A DNA stretch of 64,000 nt, taken from NCBI GenBank assembly GCA_965204735.1, contig OZ242008.1, positions 2,432,001-2,496,000 of the forward strand, written 5' to 3'. The DNA is from Longimicrobiales bacterium (GTDB taxonomy: Bacteria > Gemmatimonadota > Gemmatimonadetes > Longimicrobiales > Gaopeijiaceae). A program made the position numbers and the translations under genes. Each line of letters starts with the position of its first letter. Within the stretch, counting starts at the first letter, position 1. Positions 19,001-29,272 of the stretch are shown here, in pieces. The notes under the pieces are model-generated. The model was given only the letters and a program-made list of their open reading frames with translations, ran no database searches and had not been told where the DNA came from.

Positions 19001-19525
19001 GCGACGCCGGTCCTTGTACTTCCCGATTCCCGCCGCCTCCTCGAAGAGGGAGCGGCGCTCGTCGGTGCGCTCCGAGAGGATCGCGTCGATCATCTTGATC
19101 TCGATCACCGCGTAGGCGTTGGCGCCGAGCCCCGTGTCCCGGCAGAGGTCGACGATGTCGCGCAGGCGGCAGGCGGTCCGGTTGAGGGTGTAGTCGCTTC
19201 CCCCGTCCCGGTAGACGGTCCGCCCGATCTCCACTTCCTCGAAGGGGGTGGGCAGCACGCCGTCCTCGTTGGAGACGGCCATGGCGACGGAGGCCCGGTT
19301 CACCGGCTTGCGGGACGCGGCGCCCTGGAAGATCACCTCCTCCATCTTCGCTCCCCGGATGGCGGAGGGGCGCTGCTCTCCCAGCACCCAGCGGATGGCG
19401 TCGCCGATGTTGGACTTGCCGCAGCCGTTGGGTCCCACCACGGCGGTGATCCCGTCGTGGAACTCGATGCGGGTGGAGTCGGGGAAGGACTTGAAGCCGT
19501 GGACGCGGAGGGAACGCAGCTTCAT
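16013..19525 (-). CDS. smc: Chromosome segregation protein SMC
   Basis: GFKSF, GPNGCGKSN, long coiled coils, GPVN, LSGGE, LDEVDAPLD, ITHN. Confidence 0.97.
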   Translation of the reverse strand: MKLRSLRVHGFKSFPDSTRIEFHDGITAVVGPNGCGKSNIGDAIRWVLGEQRPSAIRGAKMEEVIFQGAASRKPVNRASVAMAVSNEDGVLPTPFEEVEIGRTVYRDGGSDYTLNRTACRLRDIVDLCRDTGLGANAYAVIEIKMIDAILSERTDERRSLFEEAAGIGKYKDRRRAALRRLETSEVDLQRVEDVIAEVRTKVRSLARQKGKAQRWQELRARRLGVEAAVVRIDLELLDARLAELDGLLESGREEGAGVAARLGAAEADLEKARLAQIDSEKGRVEAAGRFDAVRTELAGVETEVAVARERIAAAERRAEQVATEQERLAKLRVRSQDELAGYSEEQAQSQSALEVVQSDLKDRSNKVAQVRGRLDAARRELRELEERVRAVSTRIARAEGNRTAARIQEEELGRRLERLARDAREGAGALKELRSQGDLFSVRTTEAAAKATKASREFDGSRRRLELLREELRRARERERNAEAGLSALDAELAALRRAVEAGEGTEALAAAARGAFPELVAGALPDFVRVAGASARVVDDALGRFGSALVVRNGGAVERLEEWYCSGAVAQAPLALLPLDAAPRPRGALPAGVSAYGEGAPWVRALLGGVDVSGADVSGVAEGTVAARRWADSLGTVHLLPGRAAGDAGALERRDRIESLETDREAARRELEDARSARAALEEDHARCESETDTASERLLEARDEARAADSEAAAHTDRHRRLDRRQEELARQLAGTKAAREKAAAREREAEAEGARLVQEESDLAVRVDERRTALVAVDAEWEQARDAESEAAIRAARLESQVERLRGRVSDVSQAMEQAASGTAELGRESARLADELEAARRSSRQGGERAERLFRERDQAKGVLAERDEALREASEAVMEAERRVRTIRQAEREAADAGHRLELERQDARNRAERVRERLEGEWGRPLEALLEEAEPVEGAADDLRAELAEIVERLAKIGPVNMLAVEEHAEESARLEFLSQQQEDLAAARDDLRAAIRRINATATELFMTSFEAIRKNFQDTFRHLFSGGEASLWLADPENPLESPVEIHAAPRGKRTQRIDLLSGGERALTALSLLFGIYLVKPSPLCVLDEVDAPLDESNIGRFIRLLQGFKARTQFVVITHNPRTIEAADWIYGVTMEEPGVSSIVGVRLEQPQDQAGAAAG

Positions 19526-19956
19526 GGGGCCGCTTGGCCGCCGGGCGGCCGTGGACCAGGGACGGGAGCCTCCGAGTGGTCGGCGTCGGCGGAAGGCGGG
19601 GGCTCGTCCATGGGCAGCGCCGTGGCGTCGCCCCAGAGGGCCTCCAGCCTGTAGAACTCCCGCACCGGCGCGTGGAAGACGTGGACCACGTAGTCGATGT
19701 AGTCGAGGAGGATCCACCGCCCGTCGTCCTTGCCTTCCACATGGTCGGGACGGACGCCGGCCGCCTTCGCGGAGTCGAGCACGTGGTCGGCGATGGCCTT
19801 TACCTGCACGTCGGAACGACCGCTGGCGATCACGAAGAAGTCGGTGGCCGACGAGAGTTCGCGCAAGTCCAGGACCACGACCTCTTCCGCCTTCCTGTCG
19901 AGGGCGCAGCGAACCGCGGCCCGGACCTCGGCGGGCACGCGTTCGGAGGCGGTCAA
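19522..19956 (-). CDS. rsfS: Ribosome silencing factor RsfS
   Basis: DRKAEEVVVLDL, DFFVIASG, WILLDY, VHVF..VREFYRLEALW. Confidence 0.93.
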   Translation of the reverse strand: MTASERVPAEVRAAVRCALDRKAEEVVVLDLRELSSATDFFVIASGRSDVQVKAIADHVLDSAKAAGVRPDHVEGKDDGRWILLDYIDYVVHVFHAPVREFYRLEALWGDATALPMDEPPPSADADHSEAPVPGPRPPGGQAAP

Positions 19957-20408
19957 ACCTGCTCGGCCTCCACGACGACGCGCACTTCCACTTCCACCTC
20001 CGAGCCCAGCCGGAGGGCGACGCGGTACTCGCCCACGGCCTTGATCGGTTCGTCCAGGGCCACGTGCCGCGGATCCACCTCGAAGTCGGTTCCGGACCGC
20101 GTCGCCTCTTCGGCGATCTCCCGCCGGCCGACGGAGCCGAAGAGCCTGCCTTCCTCGCTGGCCCGGGCTTGGACGGCGAACGTCTTCCCCTCCAGCTGGG
20201 AGGCGCGGCGCCGCGCCTCGAGGTAGTCCCGGCGCGCCCGCTCGTCCTGCCGGCGGCGCTCTTCCTCGATCATCTTGACGGCTGCTTCGGTGGCCCGGTA
20301 GGCCAGCCCCTTCGGGATGAGGTAGTTGCGGGCGTACCCGGGCTTCACGTTCACGACCTGGCCGGTCGAGCCCAGGTGGTCCACGTCCTCGCGCAGGATG
20401 AGTCTCAT
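19953..20408 (-). CDS. rplI: 50S ribosomal protein L9
   Basis: LILREDVDHLG...VKPGYARNYLIPKG, GRLFGSV, PIKAVG. Confidence 0.97.
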   Translation of the reverse strand: MRLILREDVDHLGSTGQVVNVKPGYARNYLIPKGLAYRATEAAVKMIEEERRRQDERARRDYLEARRRASQLEGKTFAVQARASEEGRLFGSVGRREIAEEATRSGTDFEVDPRHVALDEPIKAVGEYRVALRLGSEVEVEVRVVVEAEQV

Positions 20409-20409
20409 G

Positions 20410-21249
20410 TCAGGCCCCGTGATCCTTCATGTACGGGATCAGCGCCAGGTATCGGGCCCGCTTGATCGCCGCGCCCAGGCGGCGCTGGAAGCGGGCGGTC
20501 ACCTTGGTGGTGCGCTTCGGGAGGATCCTGCCCTGCTCCGTCAGGAAGCGGGACAAGGTGGTCACGTCCTTGTAGTTGAGGAGGACGATGGGCGGCCCTT
20601 CGTGGCGACGGCGACGGCCTCGGGCGCCGGCGAACTCGGGAGGGCCGGAGCGGGGCGGCGGCGCCTCGGCGGCCTCTTCCGCCCCGTCCGATTCGCCGGC
20701 TTGCTCGCCTTCGGAGCCGCCCGCGTCCCCACGGGCGGCGGCGGGAGTCCCCTGGGCGGCGGCCGCGGCCTGGCGGACGACGGCATCGCCTTCGTCGGCG
20801 CTCTCCGCCTCCTGGCGGGCGCTGCGGGCCTCGTCGGCGTGGTCGCTCGGGGCGTCCTTGGCGGGCGCTCCCGCAGGCGCCTGTCCCTCGGCTGCTTCGG
20901 GGCCCCGGTCCCCGCCTTCGTCCTGCGCGACCGTCGGAGGATCCGCCAGGACGGAAGCCCCCGACGTGGGCTGGCCCTCGTTCGCGACGATCAGGTGCCT
21001 CACCGTCTCCTCGTCCAGGCGCAGCAGCCGCTCCAGCTCGGGAAGAGAGGTCGGGTCGGCTTCCACGTGGACGACGGCGTAGTAGGCGGTCGTCCTCTTG
21101 CCGATGGGGTAGGCCAGCTGGCGGAGGCCCCAGTGGTCCACGGCGGAGACCTCGCCGTCCAGCGCGGCGTGGAAGGTCTCCAGCTTGGCGTCCACGGCGC
21201 TCCGCTCCAGGCCGGCGTCCAGAATGTAGACGATCTCGTATGCTCGCAT
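20410..21249 (-). CDS. rpsF-rpsR: Fused 30S ribosomal proteins S6 (N-terminal) and S18 (C-terminal)
   Basis: N-terminus MRAYEIVYIL...WGLRQLAYPIGK...VRHLIV is S6. C-terminus NYKDVTTLSRFLTEQGRILPKRTT...QRRLGAAIKRARYLALIPY is S18. Both lie in one uninterrupted 279-aa frame. Confidence 0.92.
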   Translation of the reverse strand: MRAYEIVYILDAGLERSAVDAKLETFHAALDGEVSAVDHWGLRQLAYPIGKRTTAYYAVVHVEADPTSLPELERLLRLDEETVRHLIVANEGQPTSGASVLADPPTVAQDEGGDRGPEAAEGQAPAGAPAKDAPSDHADEARSARQEAESADEGDAVVRQAAAAAQGTPAAARGDAGGSEGEQAGESDGAEEAAEAPPPRSGPPEFAGARGRRRRHEGPPIVLLNYKDVTTLSRFLTEQGRILPKRTTKVTARFQRRLGAAIKRARYLALIPYMKDHGA

Positions 21250-21254
21250 TTTCG

Positions 21255-21315
21255 CGGGAAGCTCCCTCGGACCGCGGTGGGTTGGCGGGCTCCGCCGTTC
21301 CCGGACGGAGCGGGC
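21255..21315 (-). promoter_or_regulatory. Putative S6:S18-binding ribosomal protein leader
   Basis: Minus strand: stem GCUCCG...CGGAGC immediately followed by CCG, then a GAGGGAG Shine-Dalgarno-like sequence before the rpsF ATG; resembles the known rpsF leader layout. Confidence 0.4.
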
Positions 21316-21366
21316 AAAGCTGCTGGCGAAAGATAGCGCGGACGAAGCCGGGAGCGGAAGGGGCGG

Positions 21367-23226
21367 TGTCGTACCAATTTAGAAATGTCCGGTCTTACCA
21401 AGATAGAAATGTCCTCTTTCGGGCGATGTTCGGCGGGAGTCGAACTCGTGCCCGGGAGAGGAGCGAATGGAGTTGAGCTTGAAGGAGCGGGACCGGATCT
21501 CGGTGTTGAGGCAGGTGAGCGAAGGCGTGCTGGCGGCGGCCGACGGCGCGGCGCGCTTCGGGGTGACGGAGCGTCACTTCCGGCGCGTGCGCCGCCGGTT
21601 CGAGGCGGCGGGCGACGAGGTGGTCGTGCACGGGCTCCGGGGTCGGAGGTCGAACCGGTCGCTGCCGTCGGAGACGCGGGAGCAGGTGCTGGTCATGGCC
21701 AGGGACCCCGACTACGCCGACTTCGGCGCCACGTTTCTGGCGGAGCACGTCGAGCGGGAGCTGGGCGTGCGCGTCAGCGCGGAGACGCTGCGGGCATGGC
21801 GGAAGGGCGCGGGCTTGTGGCAGCGCAAGCGCAAGCGGGCGAAGCACCGGCGCCGACGGCCGCGTCGCGCCGCGCGGGGCGAGCTGCTCCAGTGGGACAG
21901 CTCGGTTCACGCCTGGCTTGAAGACCGGGGGCCGCCCGACCTCGTGCTGATCGCGCTGCACGACGACGCGACGAGCGGGTTCATGCACGGTCGCTTCGTC
22001 GAGCGCGACACGGGCGCCGCGAATCGGCGAGCGATCGTCGAGTGCCTCGAACGCCACGGCCGTCCGAGGGCGGTGTACGTGGACCACGCGGGCCACTTCG
22101 GGCAGCGCCTCGGCCCGGAGGGCAAGCGGACCCGGACGATCATCGGCACGGCGCTGGAGAAGCTGGGCGTCGAGGTGGTCCTGGCGAACTCGCCGCAGGC
22201 GAAGGGCCGGGTCGAGCGGACGTTCGGCACGGCGCAGGACCGGCTGGTCAAAGAGATGCGCTTGGCGCGAGTCACCACGCTCGAGGCGGCGAACCGCTAC
22301 TTGGAGGAGCGGTGGGTTCCGTTCTGGAACGAACGCTTCACGGTGGCGCCGGCCGATCCCCTCGACGCCCATCGCCCGCTGCCTCAGGACATCGATCTGG
22401 AAGCCCTCTTCGCCGAGACGGACACGCGGGTCGTGGCCCGCGACTTCACCGTGCGCTTCGAGAACCGCTTCTGGCAGGTCACGGCCCGCGACGCCGAGGC
22501 GGCCGGCGTCGCGCCGGGCTCCCCCGTCGTCGTCGAACGGCGCCTCTCGGGCGAGCTGCGCTTCCGGCATCGCGGCTGCTACCTGACGCCCAAGGCCTTG
22601 GGGGCGGTCCGGTCGGCGACGCCCAAGCCGGCGCCGGCGCCCGCGACGGCCAAGCCCAGGCCCAAGCCGCCGAAGCCGGGAAGGGATCACCCGTGGCGCA
22701 AGCACTTCAGCGCCAGCGTGGCCCAGGCCGTGGCCAAGCGGGAACACCGCGCCGCCCACTCCAACGGGACCGGTCCCGAGCGGTGCAGGACCTCGTCCTG
22801 AGCCTGCAGGCGGGGACGGCAGCTCGCACTCCCCTTCCCGCAAAGGTCGGACGCGACCGCAGTGTCGGCATCCGTGCCTCCGAGGCTTGCCGGCGCTGCG
22901 CAGGTCGCTCGGCGCACCACGACCGTCCGAGCTGGCAGGCTCAGTGCGAACTGCGAGCCATCGGGGCAGCAGTGTCCGGACCCGTCCGCGTTGGCGTCCA
23001 CCCGGCCAGAGCTTGGCCACGGCGACGACCTCGACTCGCCCGGCCGCCACTGGCCTTGAAGCGCCTGGAACAGGGCGCCCGGCGCCGTCCAGCCCAGGCT
23101 TGCTGGATCCGCGTGTCCTGCGCCCGACACCTGGCCCCCGGCCTCAGGAAGAACCCACCGTCCACACCATCAGGGGGGACATTTCTACTTTGGCCAACTA
23201 CCGGACATTTCTACTTTGGCTTGACA
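21367..23226 (+). mobile_element. Intact insertion sequence, IS1202-family-like (ISNCY), 1860 bp, with a 17-bp target site duplication
   Basis: TGT...ACA ends. Left end TGTCGTACCAATTTAGAAATGTCCGGTCTTACCAAGATAGAAATGTCC; right end (reverse complement) TGTCAAGCCAAAGTAGAAATGTCCGGTAGTTGGCCAAAGTAGAAATGTCC. Identical flanks gggagcggaaggggcgg at 21350-21366 and 23227-23243. Confidence 0.93.
21467..22801 (+). CDS. DDE (rve-like) transposase, IS1202/ISNCY type
   Basis: HTH N-terminus, HGLRGRRSNR, YADFGAT, GELLQWDSSVHAW, DDAT, YVDH, ANSPQAKGRVERTFGTAQDRL. Confidence 0.92.
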   Translation: MELSLKERDRISVLRQVSEGVLAAADGAARFGVTERHFRRVRRRFEAAGDEVVVHGLRGRRSNRSLPSETREQVLVMARDPDYADFGATFLAEHVERELGVRVSAETLRAWRKGAGLWQRKRKRAKHRRRRPRRAARGELLQWDSSVHAWLEDRGPPDLVLIALHDDATSGFMHGRFVERDTGAANRRAIVECLERHGRPRAVYVDHAGHFGQRLGPEGKRTRTIIGTALEKLGVEVVLANSPQAKGRVERTFGTAQDRLVKEMRLARVTTLEAANRYLEERWVPFWNERFTVAPADPLDAHRPLPQDIDLEALFAETDTRVVARDFTVRFENRFWQVTARDAEAAGVAPGSPVVVERRLSGELRFRHRGCYLTPKALGAVRSATPKPAPAPATAKPRPKPPKPGRDHPWRKHFSASVAQAVAKREHRAAHSNGTGPERCRTSS

Positions 23227-23401
23227 GGGAGCGGAAGGGGCGGGCTTGCTTCTGGCGCAGGAGGCCCGCCTTTTGTACGATAGGGCCTTGCGGGCGGTCC
23301 TCCGGGGTCGGCCGCGCGACCGTTGCGCCGAGCCGGGGAGAGGTCGGCGGCGGCCCACGAAACGAAAGGGCGCGTTCCCTTAAATGGACTTCACATCCTA
23401 A

Positions 23402-24484
23402 ATGGACTTCACATTCGCCGGCGCTTCGCGAAGCGACACCTTCGGCTGGTTCGCCGAGGGGTTGCGGAGGGTGATGGAATCGCAGGGCCATCGCTACATC
23501 GACGAAGCGTCCGACGCCAAGCTCGTCGTCAACTTCTTTCCCAGGAACGAGCCTCGGCCGGTGCGCCGCCACGCCCAGTCGGTCTTCGTGTGCGCCGTCA
23601 CCGAGTTTCCCGACCCCTTCACGGACCCGATCCCGCAAGGCTACCCCACGCTGATCCGGGCGCTGGCGAACTTGGCCGTGGGACTGGTGCCGGGCCCCCA
23701 CGGCGACCCGGACGTCCACTTCGTCACTTTGGAGCAGGGGCACTACATCGTCTCGGGCAACGCCAACCGCGCCCACTACTTCGACAAGGTGTACGACCGG
23801 ATTCATCCCCTGGCGTCGTCCACCCTGGTCATCGAGAACTTCTTCGAGCCCGACCTGCCCAGGGAGCTGTGGGAGGGCGACGAGATCACCGAGTCGATCT
23901 ACCGGGCCGGCAAGAAGCTGGACGGCCTGGACCTGCTGCCGGCCCCCTTCCCCATGGACAAGCTCCTGCCGGAGAGGGACTTCCGTCACGTGAAGCGGCT
24001 CTTCGGGATCGGCGGCCTCTCGTACGGCAACGTGTCGGCGCGCTTCGACGACGACTGGTTCTGGATGAGCGCCAGCGGGGTGGACAAGTCCAACCTGCGC
24101 GAGATCGGCGCCCACATCCTGATGGTGAAGGACTACGACCCGGAGCGGAACGGGATGCGGGTCGGCCACCCCCCCGGCGTGGAGCCCCGGCGGGTGTCGG
24201 TGGACGCGATCGAGCATTGGATGATCTACCGGGAGCACCCCACGGTCGGGGCGATCCTTCACGTCCACGGCTGGATGGACGGCATCCCGTCCACCGAGTT
24301 CAACTTCCCCTGCGGGACCCGGGAGCTGGGCCAGGCGGTGGCGGACCTGGTGCGGGACGCCGACGACCCCGCCCGCTGCGTGGTCGGACTCAAGAACCAC
24401 GGCCTGACGATCACGGGAACAAGCCTGGACGAGATCTTCGAGCGGATCGACGGGCAGATCCTGCCGACGGTGCCGATGGCGTAG
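23402..24484 (+). CDS. Class II aldolase/adducin-domain protein with an uncharacterised N-terminal domain
   Basis: C-terminal GNVSAR, MSASGVDK, SVDAIEHWMIY, AILHVH, PCGT, LKNHGL (zinc-ligand His pattern). Confidence 0.75.
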   Translation: MDFTFAGASRSDTFGWFAEGLRRVMESQGHRYIDEASDAKLVVNFFPRNEPRPVRRHAQSVFVCAVTEFPDPFTDPIPQGYPTLIRALANLAVGLVPGPHGDPDVHFVTLEQGHYIVSGNANRAHYFDKVYDRIHPLASSTLVIENFFEPDLPRELWEGDEITESIYRAGKKLDGLDLLPAPFPMDKLLPERDFRHVKRLFGIGGLSYGNVSARFDDDWFWMSASGVDKSNLREIGAHILMVKDYDPERNGMRVGHPPGVEPRRVSVDAIEHWMIYREHPTVGAILHVHGWMDGIPSTEFNFPCGTRELGQAVADLVRDADDPARCVVGLKNHGLTITGTSLDEIFERIDGQILPTVPMA

Positions 24485-24585
24485 GCGGTCGACCCCGAGC
24501 CTACGTGCTTCTCGAAGCGACCATGGCCAGCACTCGCCGGACCGGGCGCGGCTGAAACCATCTTGAACCGCGTCTACGCGGTCGA

Positions 24586-25844
24586 TCAGGCGGTCGCGGC
24601 TCCCGGCTCCATGACGGCCGCCTGCACCGCCGGGACCAGCGCCAAGTACCTGCCGTAGGCCCAGCGGGCGTCTTCCAGCTTCAGCCGCTCGGTGTTGGTG
24701 TGGGCGTGGCGCTCCAGGCCGGGGGCGAAGCCGATGGTGGGAATGCCGCGCACGCCGCAGGTCCAGCCGCCGTCGGTGGCGAAGGTCCAGGGGCGGACTC
24801 GGGCCGGGCGACTGCTCCCGCCCGCCTGCGCGCTTCGCGTTCCCACGGCGCGAGCCGCGGCCTGCACCACCGGATGGGCCGGGTCCATGAGGAAGCCTGG
24901 GCTCAGTATGCTCCGTTCCTCCTCCATGCCGGTGTACGCCCGCTGCCGCTCGGTGGCGAGGCGGAACTCCGCTGCGCCCCACTCCCCGACCGCGCCCGCT
25001 TCTCCGGCGGCGTCCAGCCTGGGCTGCACCGCCTCGCGCACTCGCGCCAGCAGGCTCTCCTTCGTGTCCGACGGCAGGATGCGCCAGTCCAGGGTCACGG
25101 TGACCCGGTCCGGGATCACGTTGAGGCTGGCGGGGGTCGCGTGGATTCCGGTGGCTGCCACCGAGGCCGAGCCCAGAACCGGGTCCTCGTCCTGGCGCCG
25201 GGCCAAGTCGCCCACGCCGGCCAGAACCGCCGGGAGGGCGTCCAGGGCGTTCCTGGCCCGCTCGGGCGCCGAGGCGTGGCCTGCCAGGCCCCGCACCGTG
25301 ATCTCGATCTCCGCCCTGCCCCGGTGGCCGATCGCGATGTCGCCGTTGGTGGATTCGCCGATGATCACCGCAGCCGGCCGCACTCCACCGTCGCGGCGGG
25401 TCAGGTGGTCCATGCCCCAGCCGCCGCGCTCCTCGAAGACGGGGTGCGCCACGATCACGTCGCCGGCCGCCTTGCCCTTCATGGCCGCGCCCACATGGGT
25501 CTGGAGCGCCAGAGGCCCCTTGATGTCCATGGCGCCCCGTCCGTGAAGGCAGCCGTCGGCGATCACGCCGTCGAAGGGCGGGTGCTCCCACTCGTCCAGG
25601 TCGCCGGCCGACACCATGTCCAGGTGGGCGCTGAGCATGACCGACGGCCCGTCGCCGCCCTTGATCAAGCCCACCACGCTGCCCAGCTCGTCGGTCCACA
25701 CCTCGTCGTAGCCCAGCGCCTCCATCTCGGCCACGACGCGCCGCACCAGCTCTCTCTCCTCGCCGGGAAGCGACGGGATGCGGATCAGGTCCTGGGCGAA
25801 GGCGACGGCCGAGTCGAAGGAGGGGGCGCCGCGACGCGCGCGCC

Positions 25845-25848
<4 letters not shown>
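24586..25848 (-). CDS. M20/ArgE/DapE-family metallo-amidohydrolase
   Basis: [46 protein letters not shown] start overlaps the hppA stop. Confidence 0.88.
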
Positions 25849-27908
<2,060 letters not shown>

Positions 27909-27969
27909 GTTACTTGCCTTCCTTGCGTCTGCGAGTTTGCGAGTCCGTCGCTCCGGACCCGGTTGCGCC

Positions 27970-28560
27970 TCATCGGTTGAAGCGGTTCATGGCGGCGTCC
28001 ACGCCCTCTTCCGCCCAGACGCCCACCGCCTTGCTCAGCTCGGGGAGGAGCTCCACCACCGCCTCCTCGTCCTCCTCGGGCATCGGCGACAGGACCCAGT
28101 CGGCCATCTCCGCGCCCGCCGGCGCCACGCCCACGCCGATCCGAAGCCTGGCGTACTCCCGAGTGCCCAGCGCCGCCTGGACGGACTTGAGGCCGTTGTG
28201 CCCTCCTGCTCCGCCGCTGCGCCGGAAGCGCACCTTGCCCACGGGGAGGGCCGCGTCGTCGGCCACCACCAGCAGGTCGCGCGCCGGCTCGAACCCCTCG
28301 GTCTGCCGGAGCGCGACGAGCGCCGTGCCGCTGCGGTTCATGTAGGCGCGGGGCTTCAGGAGGCGGATCGGCCGTCCCCGGAGCTCTCCCGACGCCTCGA
28401 GCGCCCTCTTGCGCCGCTCGAAGGGGCCGATCCCGCTGTCGAAGGCGAAGCGGTCCACGACCCACCAGCCCACGTTGTGGCGGGTGGCGTCGTACTCGGG
28501 CCCCGGGTTTCCGAGGCCGGCGACGACCTTCGGAACGGGCGCGAGGCGGGACGGGTCCAC
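27970..28560 (-). CDS. pth: Peptidyl-tRNA hydrolase
   Basis: [35 protein letters not shown]. Confidence 0.96.
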   Translation of the reverse strand: MDPSRLAPVPKVVAGLGNPGPEYDATRHNVGWWVVDRFAFDSGIGPFERRKRALEASGELRGRPIRLLKPRAYMNRSGTALVALRQTEGFEPARDLLVVADDAALPVGKVRFRRSGGAGGHNGLKSVQAALGTREYARLRIGVGVAPAGAEMADWVLSPMPEEDEEAVVELLPELSKAVGVWAEEGVDAAMNRFNR

Positions 28561-28617
28561 TTTGCGTCTCCACTCTGCGTCTCTTGCGTCGGAACGGGCG
28601 TCGAGCCGGCCGCCCCG

Positions 28618-29259
28618 TCAGCTCTCGCCTTCCGCTTCCGCCTCGTCTTCGGAGGGCGCTCCTTCTTCGACGCCCTCCGCTTCCTCGTCCTCCTCTTCGG
28701 CGACGACGACGGGCGCGGCGATGCCGCAGATCACCAGTCCGGGATCGGCCAGGTTCTCCACCCCCTCGGGCAGGGTCAGGTCCCCGGCCCGCAGCACGTC
28801 GCCCACCGCGAAGGGCGTCACGTCCACTTCGATCGACTCGGGGATCTTGGAGGGCACGCACTTCACCGGAATGTCGTGGGTGACCTGGTCCAGCCTGCCT
28901 CCGTCGACGCGGACGCCGGCGGCCACGCCGGAAAGGTGCACGGGAACCTGCACTTCGATGGGCACGCCCCGCCGGATGCGAAGGAAGTCCACGTGGAGGA
29001 TGTCCTGACGGTAGGGGTGGGTCTGGACCTCGCGGACCAGCGCCCGCTCCGTCGAGTCGCCCAGGGAGAGGTGCAGGATCGTGTTCTCCACGGAGATCGA
29101 GTGGAAGACCCGCTGGGCTTCCGCGGCTTCCAGCGAGACCATGACCGGCGCCTCGCCTCCGCCGTAGACGATCCCAGGGATCCTGCCGGCCCGGCGGAGC
29201 TTGCGGGCGGTCCCCTTTCCGGCTTCGCCGCGGGGCTCGAGCTTGAGCGTTGCTTCCAT
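28618..29259 (-). CDS. rplY: 50S ribosomal protein L25/general stress protein Ctc
   Basis: GKGTARKLRRAGRIPGIVYG, QTHP..ILHVDF, acidic C-terminal tail. Confidence 0.96.
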   Translation of the reverse strand: MEATLKLEPRGEAGKGTARKLRRAGRIPGIVYGGGEAPVMVSLEAAEAQRVFHSISVENTILHLSLGDSTERALVREVQTHPYRQDILHVDFLRIRRGVPIEVQVPVHLSGVAAGVRVDGGRLDQVTHDIPVKCVPSKIPESIEVDVTPFAVGDVLRAGDLTLPEGVENLADPGLVICGIAAPVVVAEEEDEEAEGVEEGAPSEDEAEAEGES

Positions 29260-29272
29260 GTGGGTTCCGGAT

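Noticed and set aside
23221..23250. IS-created hybrid promoter from the terminal TTGACA
   Set aside because: No -10-like hexamer at 16-18 bp spacing (gcttgc).
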